From positions 106,912,722-106,955,633 of the forward strand of contig NC_068984.1 in assembly GCF_001194135.2 (NCBI RefSeq): a stretch of 42,912 bases of DNA, in the 5' to 3' direction. Shown here in pieces: positions 11,463 through 23,010 of this stretch. The first letter of the stretch is position 1, and the number at the start of each line of letters is the position of its first letter. The translations under genes were made by a program, and so were the position numbers. This DNA comes from Octopus bimaculoides (lineage: Eukaryota). The notes beneath the pieces were generated by a model. It was given only the letters and a program-made list of their open reading frames with translations, did no database searches and was not told the DNA's origin.

Positions 11463-11867
11463 GTAGACACGTGCATACACACATAAGACAAGCTCACGGT
11501 TATCCCACTTGCCACTCACGCCTAAAGCGATTTCAATCACTTCCGGCTATTTCAGTATATCATGGCAGTTATACATACATACGTTTCCATTTCTTCATTT
11601 TCATTTTTTTTTTTACTCGAAGTCTATCCTTTCCTTCGAATACATGAAACGTAACACATATTTCCTTCTTTACCCGCCATTTCCTGAGCGTCGACCAAAT
11701 ACACTGAGTTCATTTTTCCTGCCCAAATGAGTTGCAGATTCACCCATAGCTGGTATCCTGACAGGGGCTACAACTCTAGGTCAGTGTAGATTGGGGACCA
11801 CTAGTGGCTAAGAGGTAGATCCACATTCCACAAAACCCTGGAACTACTGAACCAGGGAGAGTGTAAA

Positions 11868-11927
11868 GACGGAAGAAATGTTGCTAAGCATTTCGTCCGG
11901 TATTCTCATGATTATGACACCTCGCCA
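11868..11927 (-). mobile_element. SINE family A, 5' fragment
   Basis: GTAAAGACGG...GCTAAGCATTTCGTCCGG is the reverse complement of the family A head. Confidence 0.65.
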
Positions 11928-11928
11928 A

Positions 11929-12140
11929 AATACTAATCCTTTCTACTGAAGGCACAAGGCCTGAATTTTGTAGGGAGGAGGACAGACGATCAAACTGATT
12001 ACAGTACTTAACTGGTACTTAATTTATCGACCTCGAAAGGACGAAAGGCAAAGTCGACCTCGGCGGAATTTGAACCCAGAACGTTGCGGCGGACCGCAAG
12101 TATTTTGCCCGGCATGCGAACGATTCTCTAAGCTCACCGC
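11929..12140 (-). mobile_element. SINE family A
   Basis: ACTGGTACTTAATTTATCGACC...GAAAGGCAAAGTCGACCTCGGCGGAATTTGAAC core; near full length. Confidence 0.9.
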
Positions 12141-12158
12141 GTCAGTAACAATAATAAT

Positions 12159-12353
12159 ATTTCTCTCTACTATATGCACAAGGCCTGACATTTAAGGGAG
12201 GTGACAAATCGATGACATCAACCCCAATACTTAACTATAATTTATTTCATCTATCCTGAAAGGATAAAAGGCAAAGTCGACCTGAGCGGAATTTGAACTG
12301 AGAATATAAAGATGGACAAAATGCTGTTAATGATTCTACCACCTCCACTGCCC
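12159..12353 (-). mobile_element. SINE family A
   Basis: GCACAAGGCCTG tail and AAAGGCAAAGTCGACCT...GGAATTTGAACT core. Confidence 0.85.
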
Positions 12354-13020
12354 GCGATAATAATAATAATATCAAATGATAACAACAACAGTCTCAACTG
12401 CAACAATGTTTTCACTATACATTAATTTTCAGCGATAGAAAAGAGATGTGACTGACAGAGCTGAGTGGGTGTGTATACTTGTGTATGTATATGGTTGTGC
12501 GTGTGTTTGTGGACATTTATATAGTTTATTACACAAAAATAGATTATTACTGAATTATACAAAATTATTAAAGGTGGCTTTTATTACTTTCAATTTTCAT
12601 TTGCTTACATTTTCCATTGACGTTTATTTACATTCCCATATGTCGGTATAATTTGATGGCAATTTAGTGTAAATGTTTTGTGCAGTTATTGCTCACGTCT
12701 ATGTATATGGTATGTAATTATGTGTGAATTTATCATACAGCTAATGTTTGAAATATAATATTTATACAATATACCAGTGGTGTGCAGGGACATAAATAAG
12801 TCTGTTTTATAATTGTAGGTTATTTTATATACACACTTACCGATGCACAAAATCTCGTATATAACCTTTGTAATGACTATTACAAAGAAAGTTTTGTACA
12901 TTTTCCATCACACGTCATCTGAAATGGAAATATAATTTCGATGAAATATATACTATCATACATACATGCATACATACAAATGTAATTACACGCACGCGCG
13001 CGCACACACATACATATATG

Positions 13021-13517
13021 AAAAACTTACTGGCAACAAAAGTCAGGATGCGTGGCGTTCAGTTACTCAATAAATGAAAAATACACTAAATAAACAATGA
13101 TAGCTAATAAATGTACGTAGGACAAACAGTGAAGGCCCTAATTTTTCATTAGTTATCAACCGAATCATAATACTCGGTTTTATGCCTTTAATGATAACAC
13201 TGAGAACTTCACACATGGGTAGCACCCGCAAAATTCGCGGAGAAATAGTGCTTCGAGCGAACAAAACGTATCAGAGTGGACGTACGAAAGTAAACAGAAT
13301 TTAATTAAAGCCGATTGACAAAGATGGAGTAAACAGCTCTACGAGAAAAATACATGGACGAGAAAAATACAGCCTTTCGACCAAAAGGACAAAGGTGATG
13401 GTTAACGCCTGAATGGATCCTGAATGGATATAGAAAGACGAATAGCAAGAGAGGAGATAGATATCGGCCGGCTAGCTAAGCGTCTCGTGCGAAAAAGGCA
13501 GGGAAATGGGAAAATTG
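13021..13517 (+). mobile_element. One-armed copy of an unclassified fold-back repeat
   Basis: 13021-13210 is directly repeated at 13796-13985; about 13065-13517 is inversely repeated at about 13982-14438. Confidence 0.85.
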
Positions 13518-13565
13518 ATAACGGGTCACATGAGAACGGTAGAGAGAGGGGAAGGAGGATAAGTG

Positions 13566-13567
13566 AG

Positions 13568-13633
<66 letters not shown>
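13566..13633. repeat. (GA)n microsatellite
   Basis: Direct reading. Confidence 0.98.
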
Positions 13634-13636
<3 letters not shown>

Positions 13637-13795
13637 CAGAGAGAACAGGGAAGGAGGAAGGCAGAAAGTTTACAACTACAAGTGAGAGGGCGAGAGAAAA
13701 AAGAGGAGAAAGTGGGGATGCTAGAAATAGAAGTAGAGGACGAAAGAGAAAACAGAAGGTAGAGGATAGAGTCGCAATTATATATTAATATATAA

Positions 13796-14438
13796 AAGAA
13801 CTTACTGTCACCAAAAGTCAGGATGCGTGACGTTTAATTACTGAATAAATGAAAAATGCATTAAATAAACAACGATAGCTAAAAAGCGTACACGTAGGTT
13901 AGACATAGAAGGCTCTAATTCTCCATCAGTTATCAACCGAATGGTAATACTCAGTTTCATGCCTTTAAGGATAATACTGAGAATTTTCCCATTTCTCTGT
14001 CTTTTTCGCACTGGACACTTAGCTATCCGTTCGATATCTTGTTATTCGTCTTTCTATATCCGTTCAAAATTTCTCCCAGGCGTTACACATTATATTCGTC
14101 ATTTTTTTTGGCGGAAAGGCCGTATCTTTCTCGTCCACGTATTTTTTTTGTCCGTGTATTTTTTTTTGTTCACCTATTTATTCCATCTTTGTCAACCGTC
14201 TTAAATAACATTTGTTTACTTTCTTTCGTGAGCTCTGTATCGGTTTGTTCACTCGAAGCCCTAATTCTCCGCAAATTTTGTGGGTGCCGCCGGTATGCGA
14301 AGTTCTCAGTATTATCATTAAAGGCATGAAACTAAGTATTACCATTGATAGCTAATGAAGAATTAGGGCCTTCTGTGTCTGTCTTACGTCTACATTTTTT
14401 ATCTATCGTTGTTTACTTACTGTATTTTTCATTTATTA
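13796..14438. mobile_element. Unclassified fold-back/MITE-like element with ~150-bp inverted arms
   Basis: About 13845-13990 is the reverse complement of about 14293-14438 (e.g. CATGCCTTTAAGGATAATACTGAGAA vs TTCTCAGTATTATCATTAAAGGCATG); ends in TA-rich sequence. Confidence 0.8.
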
Positions 14439-14769
14439 CATATATATATATAGACAGATAACTGAAAGAAAATGAAATTCAAAATCTCAACAATTGTTTC
14501 GACAAATTTTTACACCTGCAGTGTATTGGTGAGATGTTGTGTAATGATTATCATACATCTAAGGTGTGAAAGTGAGACTTCTCAGGTAATTCTCTAAATA
14601 AGACTTCCGATTGATCCTCCCTTTATTTCCCTCAGTGTGAGAATCCATACCCGGTTGTTTAAATAAATCCCTAGTTAGATTTTCACACAGAGGGAAATGA
14701 AGGTAGGATCTAATGAAGGACGTATTTAATAAATCACCTGAGGAGGCGCATTTTACAAATTGGACATAT

Positions 14770-14883
14770 GGTTTGCTTTGCAAATCTCTGTAAAGCCTTC
14801 CCTCCATCCCTCCTTCGATCAACAATCCATCTGTATGCATGGCTACCCATCTGTTCTGTCTCACCGTGTCTCTCCCTCTGTTG
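14770..14883 (-). repeat. Left arm of ~114-bp inverted repeat
   Basis: Reverse complement aligns to 15481-15594; both translate to M(G/V)SHAY.WIVDR.RDG.K..QR.AKQT. Confidence 0.9.
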
Positions 14884-15045
14884 GGCAAAATGATTAACGG
14901 CATTCCGTCTGCCGTTACGTTCTGAGTTCAAATTCAACCGAGATCGACTTTACCTTTTATCATTTTGGGACGGATAAAATAAGTACTAGCTGAGCACTTA
15001 ACCTCTTCCCCGAAATTACTGAACCTGTGTCAAAGTTTGAAACCA
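14881..15045 (+). mobile_element. SINE family A
   Basis: GTTACGTTCTGAGTTCAAATTC...GATCGACTTTACCTTT core and TTTGAAACC tail. Confidence 0.85.
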
Positions 15046-15058
15046 ATATTTAGTAATG

Positions 15059-15250
15059 GTTAGCCTGGCAAAATGGTTAGTGGCAATTCGTCCGTCTTTA
15101 CGTTCTGTGTTCAAATTCCGCAGAAGTCGACATTGCCTTTTATCATTTCGGGGTCGATAAACTATGTACCAGTTGGTAATATTAGCGTTTGTGTAATACA
15201 ACTCACTCCTCTCCTCCGATGTTGCTGGCCTTGTGTCCAAATTTGAAAGC
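15059..15250 (+). mobile_element. SINE family A
   Basis: TCGTCCGTCTTTACGTTCTG...GTCGACATTGCCTTT...TCGGGGTCGATAAA core. Confidence 0.88.
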
Positions 15251-15480
15251 AATATTTGGTAGTTCACCTTGTCTTTTTTTTATTTGCAGTATCATAACAT
15301 TATATATACAGCATATGAGGAAAATAATTGTACATGAGATGTGAAAAGAAACATCGTAAATTACAAACGTCATTTAAAAAGTTAAAACAATTTCAGACTT
15401 ATCTACGTGTTTCACACATTATATGTAAATACACACACACACACACACTTTAGCTAGATACATATATACATAGACAGATA

Positions 15481-15594
15481 CAAACGGGGGAGAGATACGG
15501 TGAGAGAGAACAGATGGTTAGCCATGCGTACGGATGGATTGTTGATCGAGGGAGGGATGGAAGGAAGGTTGAACAGAGATTAGCAAAGCAAACC
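15481..15594 (+). repeat. Right arm of ~114-bp inverted repeat
   Basis: Pairs with 14770-14883. Confidence 0.9.
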
Positions 15595-16006
15595 GAGTCT
15601 CACTTGAAATTATTTTTTGATGTTGAAAGTCAAAGAGTGACAGTCACATACATAATATTATTTATAAGTATATTTTGCCACCCAAACAATATTACTGTCT
15701 AAAATAAGTAAATGAGTTTCCGTCGGTTTCGATTGTGACTACTTTATTTGCTTGATCAACTAAACGGCCTACATATGAAGTTATAATCAGTGATGTTTTC
15801 CCTAAATCTTTATACACTTAAAGCAGTGGTTCTCAACCGGGGTCCATATGGCCCCTGAAGGCTCATATAAGATTTTTGGGGATCCACGTAACAAAATAGT
15901 AAATTGGAGATCCGTAATAGTATTTAAGGGTCCCTGAAAAAATTTTGCTTTGGATGTATGTATTCGTATATATTGCAAGAAACAGCAAGCTTTCTTTCTC
16001 TAACGT

Positions 16007-16049
16007 GGAGGCGCAATGGCCCAGTGGTTAGGGCAGCGGACTCGCGGTC
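16007..16049 (+). mobile_element. SINE family C head, truncated by an N gap
   Basis: GGAGGCGCAATGGCCCAGTGGTTAGGGCAGCGGACTC, preceded by the 14-bp TCTTTCTCTAACGT (15993-16006). Confidence 0.85.
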
Positions 16050-16546
16050 NNNNNNNNNNTATATATATACACATACATATATATATATAAAGTTCTAAGA
16101 GCTGAGTGAATGCAGATTTAGATATAGGGAGGTCAACATATTTCATTGGCTTTATTCAATACACAGATCTTTATTTCCTTGTACGTCTTTGTCTAGCACA
16201 TTCCGCAAATATATTTCAATGCATACGTATATATGTGTCCGTTTGTGTGTGTCTGTGTGTACGCGTGTGCGTGTATGTGTGTGTGGAGGGTGTTGGTGTG
16301 TGTCAGTGTATATGAACATATGTGCGCCTATTATTTTCAGTTGTACTTTTATCCCGTGATATGATTGCAAATATATATATAATTTCCAGTCGATATCCAC
16401 CCAACATCTGTATGCAAAACAAACCCGTGCATGTATATAACTGCACATAAAACCGATCATATGTGCCTAAGTATGAGTACCTGTTGATGTGTATACAGAA
16501 ATATATATGTATACACACACACACACACACACATACACATATATAA

Positions 16547-16795
16547 ATGGAGGGGCAATGGCCCAGTGGTTAGGGCAGCGGACTCGGGGGTTGTAGGATC
16601 GCGGTTTCGATTCCCAGACCGGGTGTTGTGAGTGTTTATTAAGTGAAAACATCTAAAGCTCCACAAAGTTCCGGTGGTGAGCCATGCTGTACTCTTTCAC
16701 TGTGGAGTGTTCAAACACTTGCACGTTAATTTCACGAGCAGGCTGTTCCGTGAAACTGGAACCCTCGACGTCGTAAGCGACAGAGTGCCAACAAC
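16547..16795 (+). mobile_element. tRNA-derived SINE family C
   Basis: A box TGGCCCAGTGG (16559-16569), B box GGTTTCGATTCCC (16603-16615), non-tRNA body and (CAA) tail, followed by TCTTTCTCTAACGT (16796-16809). Confidence 0.9.
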
Positions 16796-17736
16796 TCTTT
16801 CTCTAACGTTTTACATAGTTCAACCTACACAAGTTAATGTGCGAAAAAGAAGATAGGAATTTGAAAGAATTTTCTGAGAAACTAGTTTTTACACATCGAA
16901 TATCTATGTAGGTCTCCAGAATAAAATTAGTAATCATAGGGGTCCATATGATAACCAAAAAACAAAGTCGAGAACCCCTACCTTACAGTAATTCTCAGCA
17001 TTACTCTGTGACCAAATTAACTCTTCGTATTACAGGTAAAGAATATCCAACGATTTACCAATTTCACTGAAGCTGTTTCAGTCGCCTGTCGCTATGCTGA
17101 TAAACACTTATATCCAACATTAGTGGAAATAGATCTCATGAATGCAAAGCAAACTTCTTAACCAGTCAGCCAATTCACCAACTGTATCACGTATAAAATG
17201 CCTGACATTACGTTAAGGTTGCTTGTGTCTGTGAAATACTCAGCTGCTTGATCGGTAATAGGAAATATATGCAGTTCAATAATCGAAAACCTAGAATACT
17301 TGTCAGCCAAACGTTTGAAGATCAAAATACTTTTTCTGTTTTATTATTTAACATATACGCCTTTATACATATAAATGTGTATAAGTATATAAGTGAGCAT
17401 TTAAACGACTGCGTATGTTTGATTTTGTGTGCGTGTGTGTGTGAGCATTTCTATTTGTGTGCGTGTGTATGTGCACACGTATGCCTCTGCATATGAGTGT
17501 ATACGTATATTAGTACATAGTTGTTCCATTTGGCACTGATAGTCATTCCATAGAAACACGCATATACATATAATAATAAATGTTAATTTATGTGCGGGAT
17601 TTCTGGCTTATACATTCAGCCCTCTGGGTTGGGGGTCTGTCTACGTTACACTGGACCTCCGGCCTGCCGTGCAAATACGGACCACATAATGAAACCCGTG
17701 TGTGCGCGTGTGTGTGTGTGTGTGTACATGTGTGTA

Positions 17737-17945
17737 TTTTTTTTTATCTCTTGATTGTTTCAGTCATAGGATTGCGGTCATGCGGTGGCACCGACTTGAA
17801 GGGTTTAGGTGAACGAATCAACGCCAGTACTTACTTTTTAAGCTTGATACTTATTCTATCGTTCTCATGCGAACCACTAAGTTATGGGATAGTAAACAAT
17901 CCAGTACCGGCTGTCAAATGGTGGTGTTGGGCATTCACAAACGCA
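17737..17945 (-). mobile_element. SINE family B, 3' portion
   Basis: Reverse complement matches 19140-19320 (AAACCCTTCAAG.CGGTGC...ATGACTGAAACAA + A tail). Confidence 0.8.
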
Positions 17946-18164
17946 ATGACACACGCACGCACACGCACACATAAACACACGCACACACGCACATACACAA
18001 ACACACACACATACTTCAAAGGAGGACATTGGAAAAAAATTGTGTATTATCTATTCCCCATTACAAGACTTCCGTTTGCTAATAGGAGTTATAAAATAGT
18101 AGGATAAACATAATAGAAGTTCCTAATACAGATTATCAAATAATAACATTATATGATTCTGTAT

Positions 18165-18378
18165 AAGGCGGTGAGCTGACAGAATGGTTATCACGCCAGA
18201 CAAAATGCTTAGCGGCATTTCGTACCCCTTTACGTTTAGATTTCAAATTCCGCCCATGTAGACTTTGCCTTTCATACTTCCCGAGTCGATGAAATATAAG
18301 CCATTTAAGCAATGGGCTCAATGGAAGCAATTTATCGACTCACCAAAATTGCAGGGCCTCGTGCCAAAATTTGAAACC
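18165..18378 (+). mobile_element. SINE family A
   Basis: AAGGCGGTGAGCTGACAGAATGGTTA...AAAATGCTTAGCGGCATTTCG head and TTTGAAACC tail. Confidence 0.88.
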
Positions 18379-18746
18379 AATATAATTTCAGTCTCTACTA
18401 AAGAATTTCTCCTACATGCACAATTTTGTAACTTTAATTAGCATATGAAACACGTGCAATGGTGTATAATCCTACCAACATTTTTTTTCCAATCACCTAT
18501 CTTGATATGTAAATACTCTGTAACAATACTTCCCAGAATTTTCAACTCTTATGCATACCTCACACAAATATAGTATCCACATACAGCTTTGAAGTACTAG
18601 TATCAGCAGATTTGCTTCAAGAAGACACATCATGAATTATAACCCTATCTACATAACTTACGCGTGTGTGTGTGTGTGTGTGTGTGTTTGTCTGTGTGTA
18701 TGTATGTATGTATGTTTATATGTATGTATGTTTAAATATATACACA

Positions 18747-18903
18747 CGGCGGGCTTACGGTCTTCTTTCATCTTCGTCTTTCAAATCCACTCATAAGGCC
18801 TTGATCGACCCTGTGCTATAATGTAATACTTGCTCAAGGTGCCACGCGGTGGGACTGAATCAAGTGGCAGGGAAGCAAACTTCGTAACACACAGCCACGC
18901 CTA
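18747..18903 (-). mobile_element. SINE family B, 5' portion
   Basis: Reverse complement of the head (GGCTGTGTG..TA.GAAGTTTGCTTCC) plus ACCTTGAGCAAG (CORE-like) and GCCTTATGAGTGGATTTG. Confidence 0.8.
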
Positions 18904-18916
18904 CACACATAATAGA

Positions 18917-19320
18917 TAGGCGCAGGCATGGCTGTGTGGTAAGAAGTTTGCTTCCAAACCACATGGCTCAGCCACACTGTGTGACACATCTTCTACTATA
19001 GCCTTGGCCAATTGTCTTCTACTATATCCTCGGGACGACCAAAGCCTTGTGAGTGGATTTGCTAGATAGAAACTGAAAGAAGCCCATCGTATACGTGCGT
19101 GTGTGTGCGCGCGCGCGTGTGCGTTTGTCCCCTCGTCATAGCTTGACAACAGATGCTGGTGTGTTTATGGCCCCGTAAATTAGCAGCTCGGCAAAAGGAA
19201 TCGATGGATTGAGTACTACGCTTAAAAAGAATAAGTCCTGGGGTCGATTTGTTCGACTAAAACCCTTCAAGGCGGTGCTCGAGCATGGCTGCAGTCAAAT
19301 GACTGAAACAAATAGAAAAA
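18917..19320 (+). mobile_element. SINE family B, near full length
   Basis: tRNA-like head GGCATGGCTGTGTGGTAAGAAGTTTGCTTCC; central GACCAAAGCCTTGTGAGTGGATTTG...GAAACTGAAAGAAGCCC; internal (GT/GC)n; A-rich tail; short internal duplication of TCTTCTACTATA. Confidence 0.88.
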
Positions 19321-20100
19321 AGAAAAAATATATAATAATACCGTTTCCCTGACGGGCTATATTTATGGAAATGACATTATATGTTTGTTATTCTTTGACT
19401 TGTAACTTCAAAAATCATTTGAACTGAGAAACGATACACTAGCTCTACTCTCTCCATCCATCTATCCACATCCATCCATCCACCCATCCATCTATCCACA
19501 TCCATCCATCCACCCATCCATCTGTCCATCCATCCACCCACACGTTCATCAATCTAACTGTCTGCATCTGTGCATGTCTACCCATCTATTTTCTTTCTGT
19601 CACTCAGTATGTACACATGCAGATATACAAACAAATGTATATATCTTTATATCTATCTATTCATTTTCCCCTCTCTGCTTGTTTCCTTATATATGTGTGC
19701 GTGTGTACATGCATACACACACATATGCACACGCTAACAGAATACCACCCACAGGGTTGCAAGCTCGTAGGACAGTTCCGATTATTACATAATAAATTGA
19801 TTCTAACCTTTACACTTAACGTGCAAGTGACATCAATATCATATTTACGTTATAGATACTCATGGATTGATGCAGACATAAAAATACATATATAAATGAA
19901 CTACCGTACTACCTCTATAAACCTTTTAAATTTTGACGAATACATAGCCATTGATATAGTTACACACATACATATCTAAATACATATACACACACTCTCT
20001 TCCATTCCATATTTCTCAATTGCTTTATTTTCAATTTGTAAAATAATTGTAATTGCCTAATCGTTCACCTAACTAGTCATCAATATTTTACATAAAAATA

Positions 20101-20310
20101 GACGGCGAACTGGCACAATCGTTAGCAAGCTAGGTAAACTGCTTAGCGGTATTTCGTCCGTTTTTACCTTCTGCGTTCAAATTCAGTCAAGGTTGAATCT
20201 GCCTTTCCTCCTTTGGAGGTCGATAAAATAAGTTCCAGATGATCACAGGGGTCGATGAAAGCTACTTAGCGTACCCCTAAATTGCTGGCCTTCTTTCAAA
20301 ATTTGAAATC
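20101..20310 (+). mobile_element. SINE family A
   Basis: Family head, core and TTTGAAATC tail. Confidence 0.85.
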
Positions 20311-20320
20311 AATATTCATC

Positions 20321-20520
20321 AAAAGGCGGCGAGCGGGAAGAATCGTTAGCCCGTCGGATAAAATGCTTAGCAGCATTTCACTCGTCTTCAACTTCTGAAT
20401 CTTCAGGTCGATTTTGTCTTTTATCTTTTAGGTGTAGATAAAACAAGTATCAGTTGTACACTGGAGTTAACGTAATCGACTTATCTCCTCCGCCGAAAAT
20501 TCCTGGCTTTATAAACCAAT
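20321..20520 (+). mobile_element. SINE family A
   Basis: AAAGGCGGCGAGC...GAATCGTTAGC...AAAATGCTTAGC head and diverged core. Confidence 0.82.
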
Positions 20521-20806
20521 ATTAACAATGTACAGGTTAACAAGACACAGCCTACATTTGTTGTCTGTCAATGTTTACTGGCTTTATATTTTACGTACTT
20601 CACGGGAATCTCTTGATCTTGAATTATGCAGAGGTATCCTTAAAAGTGAGATGTCATAAAATTGTTGGTACTCCACGTCAATCCCAAGCATTTGTTATGA
20701 TTTATTACCGTCTGGGCTTGCGTCTATCGTGCCAAACACGCATACACTACCTTCTAAATGATCTCGTCTATTGTATTATTTTGTTGTTTCGGTAAACAGA
20801 TTTTAC

Positions 20807-20905
20807 CAATGCTCCTTGGGAAGAGATAAGTATCACTCCATATTTCATGCCTTTAAGTTCATTAGCTATCCGAATTATGTTGTTGATTTCAAACTTGCAA
20901 ATTTT
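20807..20905 (-). CDS. Candidate 99-nt internal exon (phase 0/0)
   Basis: tattgtttgtag|KICKFEINNIIRIANELKGMKYGVILISSQGAL|gtaaaa. No homolog recognised. Confidence 0.2.
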
Positions 20906-21117
20906 CTACAAACAATACTGACTTCTTTCCTCTGCTGTAATTACAGCTTCCGTACCACCATGCGTGTTTCATATGACTTCAAAAGATTTTTACTACCTCA
21001 GCGACCACCCTTGCGTAGGAAGTATAGCCTGTCTACATTTCTCTTGATGGTAAAGCTTATGTATGTATGCATAATATTTATACATATATGCGCATACACA
21101 CACGTGCATATATATGT

Positions 21118-21153
<36 letters not shown>

Positions 21154-22076
21154 NNNNNNNNNNNNNNNNNNNNNNNNNNNNNNNNNNNNNNNNNNNNNNN
21201 NNNNNNNNNNNNNNNNNNNNNNNNNNNNNNNNNNNNNNNNNNNNNNNNNNNNNNNNNNNNNNNNNNNNNNNNNNNNNNNNNNNNNNNNNNNNNNNNNNNN
21301 NNNNNNNNNNNNNNNNNNNNNNNNNNNNNNNNNNNNNNNNNNNNNNNNNNNNNNNNNNNNNNNNNNNNNNNNNNNNNNNNNNNNNNNNNNNNNNNNNNNN
21401 NNNNNNNNNNNNNNNNNNNNNNNNNNNNNNNNNNNNNNNNNNNNNNNNNNNNNNNNNNNNNNNNNNNNNNNNNNNNNNNNNNNNNNNNNNNNNNNNNNNN
21501 NNNNNNNNNNNNNNNNNNNNNNNNNNNNNNNNNNNNNNNNNNNNNNNNNNNNNNNNNNNNNNNNNNNNNNNNNNNNNNNNNNNNNNNNNNNNNNNNNNNN
21601 NNNNNNNNNNNNNNNNNNNNNNNNNNNNNNNNNNNNNNNNNNNNNNNNNNNNNNNNNNNNNNNNNNNNNNNNNNNNNNNNNNNNNNNNNNNNNNNNNNNN
21701 NNNNNNNNNNNNNNNNNNNNNNNNNNNNNNNNNNNNNNNNNNNNNNNNNNNNNNNNNNNNNNNNNNNNNNNNNNNNNNNNNNNNNNNNNNNNNNNNNNNN
21801 NNNNNNNNNNNNNNNNNNNNNNNNNNNNNNNNNNNNNNNNNNNNNNNNNNNNNNNNNNNNNNNNNNNNNNNNNNNNNNNNNNNNNNNNNNNNNNNNNNNN
21901 NNNNNNNNNNNNNNNNNNNNNNNNNNNNNNNNNNNNNNNNNNNNNNNNNNNNNNNNNNNNNNNNNNNNNNNNNNNNNNNNNNNNNNNNNNNNNNNNNNNN
22001 NNNNNNNNNNNNNNNNNNNNNNNNNNNNNNNNNNNNNNNNNNNNNNNNNNNNNNNNNNNNNNNNNNNNNNNNNNNN
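21154..22076. other. Assembly gap flanked by (TA)n
   Basis: Run of N. Confidence 0.99.
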
Positions 22077-22162
22077 TATATATATATATATATATATATA
22101 CATACACACACACACACACACACTCACACACACACACACACACATACACACACACACACACA

Positions 22163-22196
<34 letters not shown>

Positions 22197-22820
22197 TATA
22201 CATATGACATGACCAGAGAACGTACATCATTTCATTTTTACTAAATATGCTTATTTACTTCTAATACTTTCGTTATAGATTTTAGTGCTTTTAATTTGAT
22301 TCTTATCTATGTTTTAACGAAAACTGCACTTAATTTCATATCGTATATATTTAAATAAATGACACATGTTCTTCTTTAATCGAAAGCAAAATATTGAGGA
22401 TTTTTTGTTTTTGTCATATTATTCTATTTTTTCCTTCATTCATTTAGTCTATCTTTTGAACTACGCTCAGATTTAATCACGACAAAGATATTATTAAATA
22501 AATAACAAACTGAAGAAAATAACGTGATATCTTTTTAATATTATATTACTAGAACTCAATAAATCCTAGTGTAATATCATTGTGTCGAATGAAGATTAAT
22601 AAAAACAAGCATAGAATAAAATCTCATAAGAGGTGACCCATTGAGTTCTGTGAATTGAAATATATTGGTCGTCCCAATATAAGCACCCCAAATGTTCAAT
22701 AATGTACAATTTAAGTGTAATATATGTACGAAGAAATTTAATGTAAAGATTTCTTTCGTGTATAAGAAACTGAAATCAGTTTCAAATTAAAAGTAAATCT
22801 ATATCAATATATCACCCCAG

Positions 22821-23010
22821 AAAGGCGGCATTCTGGTAGAATCGTTAGCGAGTGGGACAAAATGCTTAGCAACATTTCCTCCGGCTCTTTACGTTCTGAG
22901 TTCAAATTACGCCGAGGTCGACTTTACCTTTCGGGGTCGATAAAATAAATACCAGTTGAGCACTGGGGTTGATGTTATTGACTCACCCCTCTCTTCGAAA
23001 TTGTTGGTCT
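22821..23010 (+). mobile_element. SINE family A
   Basis: TTTACGTTCTGAGTTCAAATTACGCCGAGGTCGACTTT...GGGGTCGATAAAAT. Confidence 0.9.

Larger units (their letters stand above)
15824..16980. mobile_element. hAT (Charlie-like) non-autonomous DNA transposon interrupted by a SINE insertion
   Basis: Left TIR CAGTGGTTCTCAACC and degenerate right TIR AGTCGAGAACCCCTA (11/15); subterminal GGGGTCCATATG near both ends; 8-bp flanks ACTTAAAG (15816-15823) and CCTTACAG (16981-16988) match at 6/8. Confidence 0.75.

Noticed and set aside
16547-16625. Possible tRNA gene
   Set aside because: A and B boxes are present but there is no convincing cloverleaf. It continues into a non-tRNA body with a TSD and has other copies (1-27, 16007-16049), so it is a SINE.
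17040-17200. Minus-strand exon-like segment with AG/GT borders
   Set aside because: It contains a degenerate SINE B head (GGTGAATTGGCTGACTGGTTAAGAAGTTTGCTT) and stops.
20771-22244. Long 360-478 aa ORFs, and similar ones at 33395-34018, 37603-38185 and 39709-40926
   Set aside because: Their length comes from N runs translated as X.
22560-22635. TQWVTSYEIL resembling the discoidin QWVTSY motif
   Set aside because: The frame stops within a few codons and there is no usable donor.
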